From the NCBI GenBank assembly GCA_900315955.1, contig ONBC01000021.1:6715-70714 (forward strand): a DNA stretch of 64,000 bases, written 5' to 3'. Each line of letters opens with the position of its first letter. Position 1 is the first letter of the stretch. The stretch is from an uncultured Prevotella sp. GTDB taxonomy: Bacteria; Bacteroidota; Bacteroidia; Bacteroidales; Bacteroidaceae. A model generated the notes under the pieces. The model ran no database searches. It saw only the letters and a program-made list of their open reading frames with translations, and was not told the origin of the DNA. Both the position numbers and the translations under genes were made by a program. Below, piece after piece: positions 63,963-64,000 of this stretch.

Positions 63963-64000
63963 ACCGGTGCATCAATAATACAAAAATAAATATCATGGAA

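Overview
The window is a chromosomal segment that looks Bacteroidales (Prevotella-like). Evidence: TAnnTTTG -7 promoter boxes, no Shine-Dalgarno dependence, and PorX/PglZ, DUF5686, TonB-receptor and lipoprotein gene content. I call about 50 protein genes and one tRNA, almost all core or housekeeping. Gene content in order:
- A partial TonB receptor with a propeller lipoprotein and ABC import genes; lutAB; topB; crcB; a GC-rich HU-like gene.
- A TolC/HlyD/ABC-2 efflux operon; cyclophilin, TPM and LemA genes; a LuxR-type regulator; a DUF5686 gene.
- A four-gene inositol-lipid-type cluster (pgpA-like, GtrA-like, CDP-alcohol phosphatidyltransferase, PAP2) followed by a patatin/Omp85 fusion.
- dcp, dCMP deaminase, an S41 protease, 5-FCL, nrnA, a porX-like gene, a large TPR lipoprotein, aroA and an M43-like protease.
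- tRNA-Pro, a patatin gene, pepP, two tandem acyl-CoA synthetases, pyrG-yidC, two S9 peptidases flanking an MFS gene, maoC and trpDCFA.

I see no CRISPR array, transposase, integrase, reverse transcriptase or recognisable defence gene, and no convincing novel protein-coding system.

The least explained signals are non-coding:
1. A 1.3 kb ORF-poor region (10.0-11.3 kb). It holds a ~450 bp palindromic assembly of five 68-85 bp repeats, each carrying a (CTAACAA)3-4 microsatellite, around an AT-rich core. It also holds an orphan promoter with upstream direct repeats.
2. A family of 20-22 bp-period tandem arrays in intergenic DNA. Two of them share a TGACACGT core.
3. A Trp-codon leader peptide (WWW) with a terminator upstream of trpD.
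4. An in-frame TAA separating a cyclophilin from its own signal peptide.
5. A tRNA-Pro(GGG) whose sequence diverges after position 69 of the acceptor 3' strand (G3/G70 and G2/A71 mismatched, U73 discriminator).

All functional calls come from reading motifs in the supplied translations. No database search, RNA folding or covariance model was run.
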